58,647 nt of DNA, taken from an uncultured Bacteroidales bacterium. Lineage in GTDB: Bacteria > Bacteroidota > Bacteroidia > Bacteroidales > Paludibacteraceae. Position 1 is the first letter of the stretch. Each line of letters begins with the position of its first letter. This document shows, piece by piece, positions 51,259 through 58,647 of this stretch. Below the pieces are notes generated by a model, which did no database searches, was not told the DNA's origin, and saw only the letters and a list, made by a program, of their open reading frames with translations. The stretch covers positions 1-58,647 of the forward strand of contig CALZRN010000001.1 in NCBI GenBank assembly GCA_945828585.1, written 5' to 3'. A program made the position numbers and the translations under genes.

Positions 51259-52392
51259 ATGCAATCCATCATCATCACCGGCGGAGCCGGATTTATCGGG
51301 AGCCATGTCGTACGGCTCTTCGTCAACAAATACCCGGACTACCGGATCATCAATGTGGACAAGCTGACCTACGCAGGCAACCTCGCTAACCTCAAGGACA
51401 TCGAGGACAAACCCAACTACCGCTTTGTGCGCGCAGACATCTGCGATTTTGACACTATCTACGCCCTCATGCAGGAGGAGCACGTCACCGGTGTCATCCA
51501 TCTGGCGGCAGAGAGCCATGTGGACCGCTCCATCAAGGACCCCTTCACTTTCGCCAAGACTAACGTCATGGGCACCCTCTCCATGCTCCAGGCGGCGAAA
51601 CTCTACTGGGAGTCCCTGCCGGAGAAGTACGAGGGCAAGCGTTTCTACCATATCTCTACGGATGAGGTCTATGGTGCTTTGCAGATGACCCACCCAGAGG
51701 GCATCCAACCGCCGTTCACCACCAAGGCTTCGTCTTCCGAGCACCATCTGGCGTACGGAGAGGACTTCTTCTATGAGACAACAAAATACAACCCACACTC
51801 GCCTTATTCCGCATCGAAAGCGTCCTCCGACCATTTCGTCCGTGCTTTCCACGACACCTACGGGATGCCGACCATCGTGACGAACTGCTCGAATAACTAC
51901 GGTCCCTACCAGTTCCCCGAGAAGTTGATTCCGCTCTTCATCAATAATATCCGTCATCGTAAACCCCTGCCGGTGTACGGCAAGGGAGAGAACGTGCGCG
52001 ACTGGTTATATGTAGAGGATCACGCACGCGCGATAGACCTCATCTTCCATAAGGGCACCATCGCCGAGACCTATAACATCGGCGGTTTCAACGAGTGGAA
52101 GAATATCGATATCATCAAGACGGTTATCAAGACGGTGGATCGTCTTCTGGGTCGTCCCGAAGGAGCCGACCTCGACCTCATCACCTACGTCACCGACCGG
52201 GCAGGACACGATATGCGCTACGCCATCGACTCGACGAAATTGCAGAAAGAGTTAGGCTGGGAACCCTCCTTGCAGTTTGAGGAAGGTATCGAGAAAACCG
52301 TCTGCTGGTACTTGGACAACCAGCCCTGGTTGGATAACATCACCTCCGGCGAGTACGAGAAATACTACGAGGAGATGTATAAAGGTCGGTAA
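51259..52392 (+). CDS. rfbB: dTDP-glucose 4,6-dehydratase
   Basis: 377 aa with GGAGFIGS, YSASKASSD (YxxxK) and the typical RfbB length. Confidence 0.92.
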   Translation: MQSIIITGGAGFIGSHVVRLFVNKYPDYRIINVDKLTYAGNLANLKDIEDKPNYRFVRADICDFDTIYALMQEEHVTGVIHLAAESHVDRSIKDPFTFAKTNVMGTLSMLQAAKLYWESLPEKYEGKRFYHISTDEVYGALQMTHPEGIQPPFTTKASSSEHHLAYGEDFFYETTKYNPHSPYSASKASSDHFVRAFHDTYGMPTIVTNCSNNYGPYQFPEKLIPLFINNIRHRKPLPVYGKGENVRDWLYVEDHARAIDLIFHKGTIAETYNIGGFNEWKNIDIIKTVIKTVDRLLGRPEGADLDLITYVTDRAGHDMRYAIDSTKLQKELGWEPSLQFEEGIEKTVCWYLDNQPWLDNITSGEYEKYYEEMYKGR

Positions 52393-52403
52393 AAAAACGA
52401 TAA

Positions 52404-53465
52404 TCAGAGGGAGAAGAGGTATTCCCAAGCCTCATCGGCTTCGTCAGCAGTGATCGTCAGATTGACCACCGGTGAACCGACAGCCTCAAGGAGCGTGACG
52501 TTGATCTCAGCGGCACGCTCGTTCTTTTTATCCTGTTTCATGAGCGCAATCAGCCGCTCGCGGTCGGAACATTTGCAGGCAGGCTTGCCGTAAGTATGTA
52601 TCATGATCTGCGTCAGCTGTTGCAGCACCTCGCGCTCGCAGCCGAGTTTGGTTACCGACAGGTACAATTCCGCAATCATGCCATACAGCACCGCGTATCC
52701 GTGGCTTAGACCGGCTTCGCCTGACAGACTTAGCTCTTCGAGCGCGTGACCGAAGGTATGGCCGAAATTCAGCACCTTGCGCAGTCCTTCTTCTTTCGGG
52801 TCCGCCGCAACGATCGCCTCTTTGACCGCTACGCACCGCCGGATCAGCGGCGTCAACTCCTCAATCGGCATCGCCTCCAAATCGTAGTTGAGCAGGTCGT
52901 GCCAAAGAGAGCTCTTTTCTCCCTCCCTACGGGGGAGGGTCGGGGTGGGGCTTTCAACAAGCCCCGTCTTCAGCATCTCTGCAAAACCGTTCAGCATCTC
53001 TTTCGCCGGCAGCGTCTGCAGCCATCCGGGCCAGATGAGCGTCTCCACCGGAGGGGCGAACACCCCGATACTGTTTTTGAGACCATGGTAGTTAAAGCCC
53101 GTCTTGCCGCCCGTCGAAGCATCCACCATCGCAAGGAGCGTCGTCGGGACATTGATATAATCCACGCCGCGTTTATAAGTGGCTGCTGCAAAACCTACAA
53201 GGTCCGTCAGTACCCCTCCGCCGATAGCGACCACCACACCGCGACGCGTGAGGCCGATAGAGAAGAAAAAATCCCAAATCTTCTGCACCGTCTCAAGGGT
53301 CTTTTCCGATTCAGACACCGATAGTGTACAGCATGAGAGTCCTATTTGCCCCTTACTTGCCTCCACGATGCCCCTTACTTGCTCATCGACTACAAAACAG
53401 ACCTGATCGGGTTCGTACGAGCTCAGAATCTTCGATAAGGCACTATGTAAATCCTCGTAAATCAT
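52404..53465 (-). CDS. aroB: 3-dehydroquinate synthase
   Basis: Start set at MIYEDLHS, downstream of the promoter. GGGVLTDLVGFAA and HTFGHALE motifs are present. Contains the GC-hairpin insert. Confidence 0.88.
   Translation of the reverse strand: MIYEDLHSALSKILSSYEPDQVCFVVDEQVRGIVEASKGQIGLSCCTLSVSESEKTLETVQKIWDFFFSIGLTRRGVVVAIGGGVLTDLVGFAAATYKRGVDYINVPTTLLAMVDASTGGKTGFNYHGLKNSIGVFAPPVETLIWPGWLQTLPAKEMLNGFAEMLKTGLVESPTPTLPRREGEKSSLWHDLLNYDLEAMPIEELTPLIRRCVAVKEAIVAADPKEEGLRKVLNFGHTFGHALEELSLSGEAGLSHGYAVLYGMIAELYLSVTKLGCEREVLQQLTQIMIHTYGKPACKCSDRERLIALMKQDKKNERAAEINVTLLEAVGSPVVNLTITADEADEAWEYLFSL
52915..52955 (+). repeat. GC-rich hairpin element, copy 1 (in frame in aroB)
   Basis: ctCCCTCCCtacggGGGAGGGtcGGGGTGGGGCttt is read on the minus strand as SPTPTLPRREGE. 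Confidence 0.9.
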
Positions 53466-53473
53466 AAAATCCG

Positions 53474-53512
53474 CTGCAAAGTTACACTTTTTTTTGCGTA
53501 TGTGCAAATTTT
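53474..53512 (-). promoter_or_regulatory. Bacteroidota-type promoter for aroB
   Basis: The minus strand reads TTTGCACATACGCAAAAAAAAGTGTAACTTTGCAGC. The -7 box corresponds to + 53477-53484. Confidence 0.55.
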
Positions 53513-53527
53513 GTTGTAATTTTGTAG
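53497..53527 (+). promoter_or_regulatory. Bacteroidota-type promoter for uvrD (divergent, interleaved with the aroB promoter)
   Basis: TGCGTATGTGCAAATTTTGTTGTAATTTTGTAG, with the -7 box at 53517-53524. Confidence 0.55.
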
Positions 53528-53532
53528 CGATT

Positions 53533-55791
53533 ATGGAATTTTTAGATCAACTCAATACTACCCAACGCGCTGCGGTCACGGCTACGGAAGGGCCGTCGCT
53601 CATCGTCGCAGGTGCCGGTTCGGGCAAGACCAGAGTCTTGACCTACCGCATCGCTTATCTCTTGTCACAAGGCGTACCCGCCGGGAATATCTTAGCCCTA
53701 ACGTTCACCAACAAAGCCGCGCGGGAGATGAAGGAGCGTATTCAGAAACTCGTCGGCAACGACGCGCGTTACCTCTGGATGGGTACCTTCCATAGTATCT
53801 GCGCGAAACTGCTGAGACACGATGCAGAGAAACTCGGCTTCACCCGCGATTTCACTATCTACGACACCTCCGACAGCAAGTCCGTCATCAAAGCTATCTG
53901 CAAGGAGCGCGGGCTGGACGAGAAGATATACAAACCGACAGTGGTCTTAGGACGGATCTCCATGGCGAAGAACAACCTGATCTCCCCTTCCCAGTATGGG
54001 CAGAACCGCGACTTGCTGCAGGCCGACCGCGAGGCACGGCTGTACGACATCACCACCGTCTATGCCCTCTACGAGGCGCGACTCAAAGCAGCCAACGCCA
54101 TGGATTTTGACGACCTGCTGATTAACATGCTACGCCTCATGGACCAGTACCCCGACGTGCGCGAGCAGCTACAACTGATGTTCCGATACGTGCTCGTCGA
54201 TGAGTACCAGGATACGAACTATGTCCAGTACCTCCTCGTCGGCAGACTCGCTGCACCCCAGGATAATATCTGCGTCGTCGGCGATGATGCGCAGAGTATC
54301 TACTCCTTCCGCGGAGCGGACATACGCAACATCCTCAATTTCCGTCAGCAGTACCCCCGGGCGCAACTCTTCAAACTCGAGCGCAACTACCGCTCGACCC
54401 GCAATATCGTCAATGCCGCTAACTCCCTCATCCATAAGAACATCCACCAGATTGAGAAGACCGTCTTCTCCGAGAAAGAGGAGGGACAACCCCTGCGGCT
54501 CAATGCCTATATGGACGACCGCTCCGAAGCCAACGGCGTAGCCGAGCAAATCGCCAAAGCCCATACCCAGTACGACTACGACGACATCGCCATCCTCTAT
54601 CGGACGAACGCGCAGAGCCGTGTCTTCGAGAACGAACTGCGCAAACGCAACATCCCCTACCGCATCTATGGCGGCACCTCCTTCTACCAGCGCAAGGAGA
54701 TCAAGGACGCTCTCGGCTACTTCCGCCTGGCGGTCAACCCCCGCGATAACGAAGCCCTGCTCCGTATCGTCGGCTTTCCCGGTCGTGGCATCGGAGACAC
54801 GACGATGAAGAAAGTGTCGGCAAACGCCATCGCTCACCACCTGTCCTACCTCGAGGTCATGCGCCTGCCCGAAGAGTCCGGGCTGGATGTGAGCGCAGCG
54901 ACCATGAAAAAACTGCAGGCTTTTGCCCTCCTCATGGACCAACTCGCCCAACTCAGCGAAGAGACCGACGCTTATACTTTTGCTGAACAAACGCTCCGCA
55001 CGACAGGTGTCATGACCGCACTCGCTATCGACACCACGCCTGAAGGCATCGACCGCGCGCAGAACGTTCAGGAGCTCCTCAACGCCATCCGTGAGTTCGT
55101 CGTCCAGAGGCAGGAGGAAGGCATCGACTTCACCCCCATCACCGACTTCCTCTCCGAAGTCAGCCTCCAGACCGACCAGGACGAGAACCTCTCTGACACC
55201 ACCGAACGCGTGACGCTGATGACGGTGCACGCCGCCAAAGGTCTGGAGTTCCCCGTCGTCTTCATCGGTGGCATGGAGGAGAACCTCTTCCCCAGCCAGT
55301 TCTGTACCAAACCCGGTGAGATAGAGGAAGAGCGGCGGTTACTCTATGTCGCTATCACCCGAGCTATGGAGCGGTGCTATCTCTCCTACGCCCGCCAGCG
55401 TTTCCGTAACGGTCAGATGGCGTTCAACAGTCCCTCCCGTTTCCTCAATGACATCGACCGACAGTACCTCGACCTTGCCCGACCGGCCTTCGGCCTGCAA
55501 GAACACAGACCGGCTGGTAGTTTTGGTCTCTCTAGTATATCTAGTATATCTAGTCCCTCTAGAATGCCTAGTCCTGCGCGGTTTACACGCGTGGTGTCTT
55601 CCCCCCTCCAAGGGGGGAGTGAGGGGGGCTTCCTTGCCGGCGATAGAGTCACCCACCGCGTCTTCGGAGACGGCACCGTCGTCCGCGTCTATCGGGACGA
55701 GATCACGGAGAATGATAAGATTGAGATTAACTTCGATACCCAGGGCACCAAGACCCTGCTCCTTACCCACGCGAAATTAGAGAAGATCTAA
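53533..55791 (+). CDS. uvrD: ATP-dependent DNA helicase (UvrD/PcrA/Rep family)
   Basis: Start set at MEFLDQLNTTQRAAV. Motifs AGAGSGKT, DEYQDTN and TVHAAKGLEF are present. The C-terminal region carries a CTAG array and a GC-hairpin insert. Confidence 0.92.
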   Translation: MEFLDQLNTTQRAAVTATEGPSLIVAGAGSGKTRVLTYRIAYLLSQGVPAGNILALTFTNKAAREMKERIQKLVGNDARYLWMGTFHSICAKLLRHDAEKLGFTRDFTIYDTSDSKSVIKAICKERGLDEKIYKPTVVLGRISMAKNNLISPSQYGQNRDLLQADREARLYDITTVYALYEARLKAANAMDFDDLLINMLRLMDQYPDVREQLQLMFRYVLVDEYQDTNYVQYLLVGRLAAPQDNICVVGDDAQSIYSFRGADIRNILNFRQQYPRAQLFKLERNYRSTRNIVNAANSLIHKNIHQIEKTVFSEKEEGQPLRLNAYMDDRSEANGVAEQIAKAHTQYDYDDIAILYRTNAQSRVFENELRKRNIPYRIYGGTSFYQRKEIKDALGYFRLAVNPRDNEALLRIVGFPGRGIGDTTMKKVSANAIAHHLSYLEVMRLPEESGLDVSAATMKKLQAFALLMDQLAQLSEETDAYTFAEQTLRTTGVMTALAIDTTPEGIDRAQNVQELLNAIREFVVQRQEEGIDFTPITDFLSEVSLQTDQDENLSDTTERVTLMTVHAAKGLEFPVVFIGGMEENLFPSQFCTKPGEIEEERRLLYVAITRAMERCYLSYARQRFRNGQMAFNSPSRFLNDIDRQYLDLARPAFGLQEHRPAGSFGLSSISSISSPSRMPSPARFTRVVSSPLQGGSEGGFLAGDRVTHRVFGDGTVVRVYRDEITENDKIEINFDTQGTKTLLLTHAKLEKI
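55529..55575. repeat. CTAG-N5 array, 5 units, exact 9-bp phase (inside uvrD)
   Basis: CTAG at 55532, 55541, 55550, 55559 and 55568. Read as SSISSISSPSRMPSP. Confidence 0.95.
55598..55633 (+). repeat. GC-rich hairpin element, copy 2 (in frame in uvrD)
   Basis: cttCCCCCCtccaaGGGGGGagtgaGGGGGGCttcc is read as SSPLQGGSEGGFL. Confidence 0.85.
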
Positions 55792-56396
55792 GCGTAAATA
55801 AGGTACCCGGCTACGCCGGCAAGAATAATCAATATGATAGGATGACTGAGAAAAGATAAGCCTACCCCAAGCCCCTCCCTTAAAGGAGGGGATGTTTTTT
55901 GTATCAGCTCTTTCGTCATCTCCGGCAGGATGGTGAAGAGTGCCACAAGCGCGAAGATAAGCCAGGATATCCCGTCGATAAAGGTCTCCGGTCTGACGAG
56001 CATCAGGGCTGCCGAGGCGATCAGACCGATTACCGTGAAACGCAGCATCCGAAGTGTCCGGGTAAAATACGGGTTGTCGTGAAACCGCTTGTCAATCCAG
56101 AAATACGCCCTGCAAACCGATAGCATGATGATGAGACTCGGCAGAACGATCGCCGTCGTCGTCAGGACCGATCCCCAGACCGAACCCGTGGCGGTGTAAC
56201 CGACGTACGTCGCGCAGTTGATACCTATCGGACCCGGAGTCACCTGACTCACCGCCACGATATCCACGAACTCCTGCGGACTCATCCATCCGTACCGCTC
56301 TACCTCCATCTGGATAAGCGACGTGATTGCCAAGCCTCCTCCAAAACCGAAGAGACCTATCTTAAAGAACGAAAGAAACAACTGCAGATAGAGCAT
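55788..56396 (-). CDS. chrA: chromate transporter family protein (second half of split ChrA)
   Basis: Start set at MLYLQLFLSFFKIGLFGFGGG. CHR domain motifs are present. Contains a GC-hairpin insert. Confidence 0.8.
   Translation of the reverse strand: MLYLQLFLSFFKIGLFGFGGGLAITSLIQMEVERYGWMSPQEFVDIVAVSQVTPGPIGINCATYVGYTATGSVWGSVLTTTAIVLPSLIIMLSVCRAYFWIDKRFHDNPYFTRTLRMLRFTVIGLIASAALMLVRPETFIDGISWLIFALVALFTILPEMTKELIQKTSPPLREGLGVGLSFLSHPIILIILAGVAGYLIYA
55858..55894 (-). repeat. GC-rich hairpin element, copy 3 (inverted orientation, in frame in chrA)
   Basis: The + strand aaGCCTACCCCaaGCCCCTCCcttaaaGGAGGGGatg is the reverse complement of the family consensus. Read as SPPLREGLGVGLS. Confidence 0.9.
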
Positions 56397-56932
56397 ACAA
56401 TCGTGATTAGAATGACCCAAACGGGATTAACATGACCGAGCCAGATAGCCAGCGCGGCGGCTAACGAAATCAGCAAGGGCGCTGCGTTGCGCCACTCCCT
56501 TCCCTTTACGGAGGGGCTGGGGGTAGGCCTCTTCATGGCGTTCCTCGCCAACTTCACCAGTGGCGCTGCGATCAGCGCCACTACAGCCGGACGAATACCC
56601 TTGAACACCGCTTCCACCGCCGGCAACTCTTTCCATTCGCTGAAGACCATAGCGATCAGCAGGATGATGACGAATGACGGCAGTACAGCCCCTAAGACCG
56701 CACCGACCACACCCTTCCATCCGCCTATACGCCAACCGATGAAGATAGCGCTATTGACTGCGATGATGCCCGGAGCAGCTTGCGCCAAGGCGATCATGTT
56801 CAGAAACTCCTCTTCGTCGATCCATCCTCTCCGGTCCACCACCTCACGCTGGATCAAAGCCAACATCGCGTAACCTCCACCTATCGTGAACGTCCCGATC
56901 TTCAAATATGTCAGAAATAAACTCCAGAACAA
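56357..56932 (-). CDS. chrA: chromate transporter family protein (first half of split ChrA)
   Basis: MFWSLFLTYLKIGTFTIGGGYAM and CHR domain motifs. Contains a GC-hairpin insert. Confidence 0.8.
   Translation of the reverse strand: MFWSLFLTYLKIGTFTIGGGYAMLALIQREVVDRRGWIDEEEFLNMIALAQAAPGIIAVNSAIFIGWRIGGWKGVVGAVLGAVLPSFVIILLIAMVFSEWKELPAVEAVFKGIRPAVVALIAAPLVKLARNAMKRPTPSPSVKGREWRNAAPLLISLAAALAIWLGHVNPVWVILITIVCSICSCFFRSLR
56495..56534 (+). repeat. GC-rich hairpin element, copy 4 (in frame in chrA)
   Basis: ctCCCTTCCctttacGGAGGGGctGGGGGTAGGCctc is read on the minus strand as RPTPSPSVKGREW. Confidence 0.9.
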
Positions 56933-56934
56933 CC

Positions 56935-57552
56935 CTAATCCCTCTCCCTCAGCTGCTGCTTGACGAATTTCGCCAGCATGTTGATCGCTGCGTTATTATG
57001 TCCGCCTTGCGGTACGATGACGTCAGCAAAACGCTTGCACGGCTCAATGAACTGCTCGTGCATGGGCTTGAGCACACGCTGGTAACGCTCGATCACCTGT
57101 TCGGCACTTCGTCCGCGCTCTACCACGTCACGTTTCATCACGCGTATCAGACGGTCATCAGCGTCGGCTTCGACAAAGATCTTCAGATCCATCTGCGCGC
57201 GCATCTTCGGTTCGCGCAGCGCCATGATTCCTTCTACGACAATCACGTCTTTCGGCTCAATATGGATCGTCTCTTTCTGCCGCGTACAGGTGATATATGA
57301 GTATATCGGCTGCTCGATGGGCTGACCCTCTTTGAGCATACCTATATGCTTCGTCAGCAGCGCCCAATCGAAGGCATCGGGGTGGTCGAAGTTGATGTTC
57401 TGACGCTCCTCCACGGGAACGTTACTGCTGTCCTTGTAATACGAGTCCTGAGGGATGACTACTACCTCGTTCTTTGGGAGGCGCTCGATGAGCTTCTTGA
57501 CTACCGTTGTTTTACCCGAGCCGGTACCGCCCGCAATGCCGATGATAAACAT
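56935..57552 (-). CDS. udk: uridine kinase
   Basis: 205 aa with the P-loop GIAGGTGSGKTT and typical Udk length and motifs. Confidence 0.92.
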   Translation of the reverse strand: MFIIGIAGGTGSGKTTVVKKLIERLPKNEVVVIPQDSYYKDSSNVPVEERQNINFDHPDAFDWALLTKHIGMLKEGQPIEQPIYSYITCTRQKETIHIEPKDVIVVEGIMALREPKMRAQMDLKIFVEADADDRLIRVMKRDVVERGRSAEQVIERYQRVLKPMHEQFIEPCKRFADVIVPQGGHNNAAINMLAKFVKQQLRERD

Positions 57553-57577
57553 AAAGTGGAATTGTTTGTCTTTCGGG

Positions 57578-57615
57578 CTGCAAAGGTACTGCTTTTTTTT
57601 GATATATGCAAGCGC
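57578..57615 (-). promoter_or_regulatory. Bacteroidota-type promoter for udk
   Basis: The minus strand reads CTTGCATATATCAAAAAAAAGCAGTACCTTTGCAGCC. The -7 box corresponds to + 57581-57588. Confidence 0.65.
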
Positions 57616-57635
57616 GCACGCGTTTTTTTCCTTTT

Positions 57636-57673
57636 TTCCTTGCGTATCTCGTTTTTTTATTGTACCTTTGCGG
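57636..57673 (+). promoter_or_regulatory. Bacteroidota-type promoter pointing into the antisense of a decayed gene
   Basis: CCTTGCGTATCTCGTTTTTTTATTGTACCTTTGCGGC, with the -7 box at 57663-57670. No convincing + strand gene follows. Confidence 0.45.
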
Positions 57674-57689
57674 CATGATTGGTAAGCGA

Positions 57690-58151
57690 TGGATCATAGG
57701 ATGCTGGATAGCTGCGATGGGAGGATGCCTCATGGCGGAGTCGATAAATCCCGGCTCGTCGGTCAGGTACCTGCTTCAAAATTGCGGTTGGCTGCAGATT
57801 TCATGCCCATCCCTGCTCCAGTCATGTTTGCTGAACCAATATAGACAATCTCACTGTCGATGTATGAACAAGCGGGCAAAGCCGACGTTCCAGATGCTTC
57901 CAAAGCAACGGGTATCTATCAAAATCCTCACGGAAAGCCGTTCCCGGTTCTTTGGCATGAAGCAAACGCACCTCTACGCCGCGTTTCAGCAGATCGCGGA
58001 GTACTTGCAGAAAAGGCACAGCATCGCCCTTTCCCTGCATGACATACAGGTCTTTGAGGTCCGCGGTAGCTATCCACAGCAACCGTCTTGCTTTGCACAT
58101 CCGCGCAACGACCTCCGAATAATGCTCCGTATCGGCTATATAGGTGGTCAT
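57690..58151 (-). pseudogene. frameshifted phospholipase-D-like (HKD nuclease/PLD superfamily) gene
   Basis: The 109-aa ORF ends after ...CPLVHTSTV. The next frame continues DSEIVYIGSANMTGAGMGMKSAANRNFEAG (PLD GSxN region), then stops again. At least two frame disruptions. Confidence 0.5.
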
Positions 58152-58173
58152 AGTGCATAGTGTATATCATCCA

Positions 58174-58623
58174 TCAGATAGTAGTAATTACTTTATTCGT
58201 GCTTCTATTTTTATTCATTGCGACTAGTCCCAAAAATGCCACAACACCCCCTATTGCATAAATAGCAGATCTTAGGGTTTTATGTTTCTCTTTAATTCTA
58301 GTAGTTTCTATGTCATGAAGAGAATTATTAGCATTATTCAATATGTCAAATAATCGCATTCTTTCTTCTTTAGATAGATCCGTTTTTGAAAGAACTTCTC
58401 TTAATACTCCAAGCAGATTTTGTATCTGTTTCATATTTTCCGCATGTTCATCTTTCTCGGAGCATACAAACTCCTTCAAAAAATCAAACAATGCGATCAT
58501 AAATTCTTGAGTTAGCGGAACCAATTTGGCAAGTGCTTCTACCGATAATTGTCCATCCTTCAGTAGTTCCATAAACTGCTCCACTTGCTCTTTAGGCGAA
58601 CCCTGTATATTCTGTGTAGCCAT
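58174..58623 (-). CDS. hypothetical coiled-coil protein with C-terminal TM helix, in a visibly AT-rich segment
   Basis: 149-aa ORF with helical heptad-like content and IYAIGGVVAFLGLVAM near the C-terminus. Its composition differs from the flanking DNA. Confidence 0.5.
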   Translation of the reverse strand: MATQNIQGSPKEQVEQFMELLKDGQLSVEALAKLVPLTQEFMIALFDFLKEFVCSEKDEHAENMKQIQNLLGVLREVLSKTDLSKEERMRLFDILNNANNSLHDIETTRIKEKHKTLRSAIYAIGGVVAFLGLVAMNKNRSTNKVITTI

Positions 58624-58647
58624 AATAAAATTATGTTTATAGTTTCG

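Noticed and set aside
57606-58160. 184-aa + strand ORF downstream of the promoter at 57636-57673
   Set aside because: It is Cys/Gln/Arg-rich and low-complexity, and it is exactly antisense to the recognisable PLD-like remnant. It is more likely a chance open frame, although the promoter itself looks real.

Overview
58.6-kb chromosomal segment that reads as a Bacteroidales (Bacteroidota) genome. Support for this: most intergenic regions carry the Bacteroidota-type promoter (TTG... / TAnnTTTG, here in an extended AAAAAGCAGTAnnTTTGCA form); there is a 2108-aa surface protein with a T9SS-type C-terminal sorting tail; local gene order is typical (DUF4271-hemD, rnpA-yidD, acpP-fabF, uxaA-uxaB, split chrA). 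About 50 protein genes, mostly housekeeping: rRNA methyltransferase, DEAD-box helicase, nadB, comF, uxaAB, ychF, trmD, rnpA, yidD, hemD, asd, fabF, acpP, mutL, psd, deoC, pyrK-gltD fusion, dacB, birA, rfbB, aroB, uvrD, chrA, udk. I saw no rRNA, tRNA, CRISPR array, transposase, integrase or reverse transcriptase. Three things stand out. (1) A co-directional minus-strand accessory block at 2.1-10.0 kb encodes a DUF4105/Lnb-like protein, a condensation-domain-like protein with a substituted active-site motif, a long PSD-family decarboxylase, a free-standing ACP, a four-helix-bundle protein, an AMP-dependent ligase, DUF3737 and an unknown protein. I do not recognise this combination as a described pathway. 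(2) The window is saturated with short imperfect word repeats that sit exactly on gene boundaries or are inserted in frame in coding sequences. They include five CTAG arrays with an exact 9-bp phase, a GC-rich hairpin element of about 35 bp read through in frame in four neighbouring genes in both orientations, and an AT-rich element of about 30 bp found at three start codons and once inside a CDS. (3) Small AT-rich islets (28.2-30.0 kb and 57.6-58.6 kb) hold decayed toxin-like or PLD-like genes, a DUF4160/DUF2442 pair, orphan promoters and candidate small RNAs. All product calls rest on motif and family recognition by eye; no database search was run.
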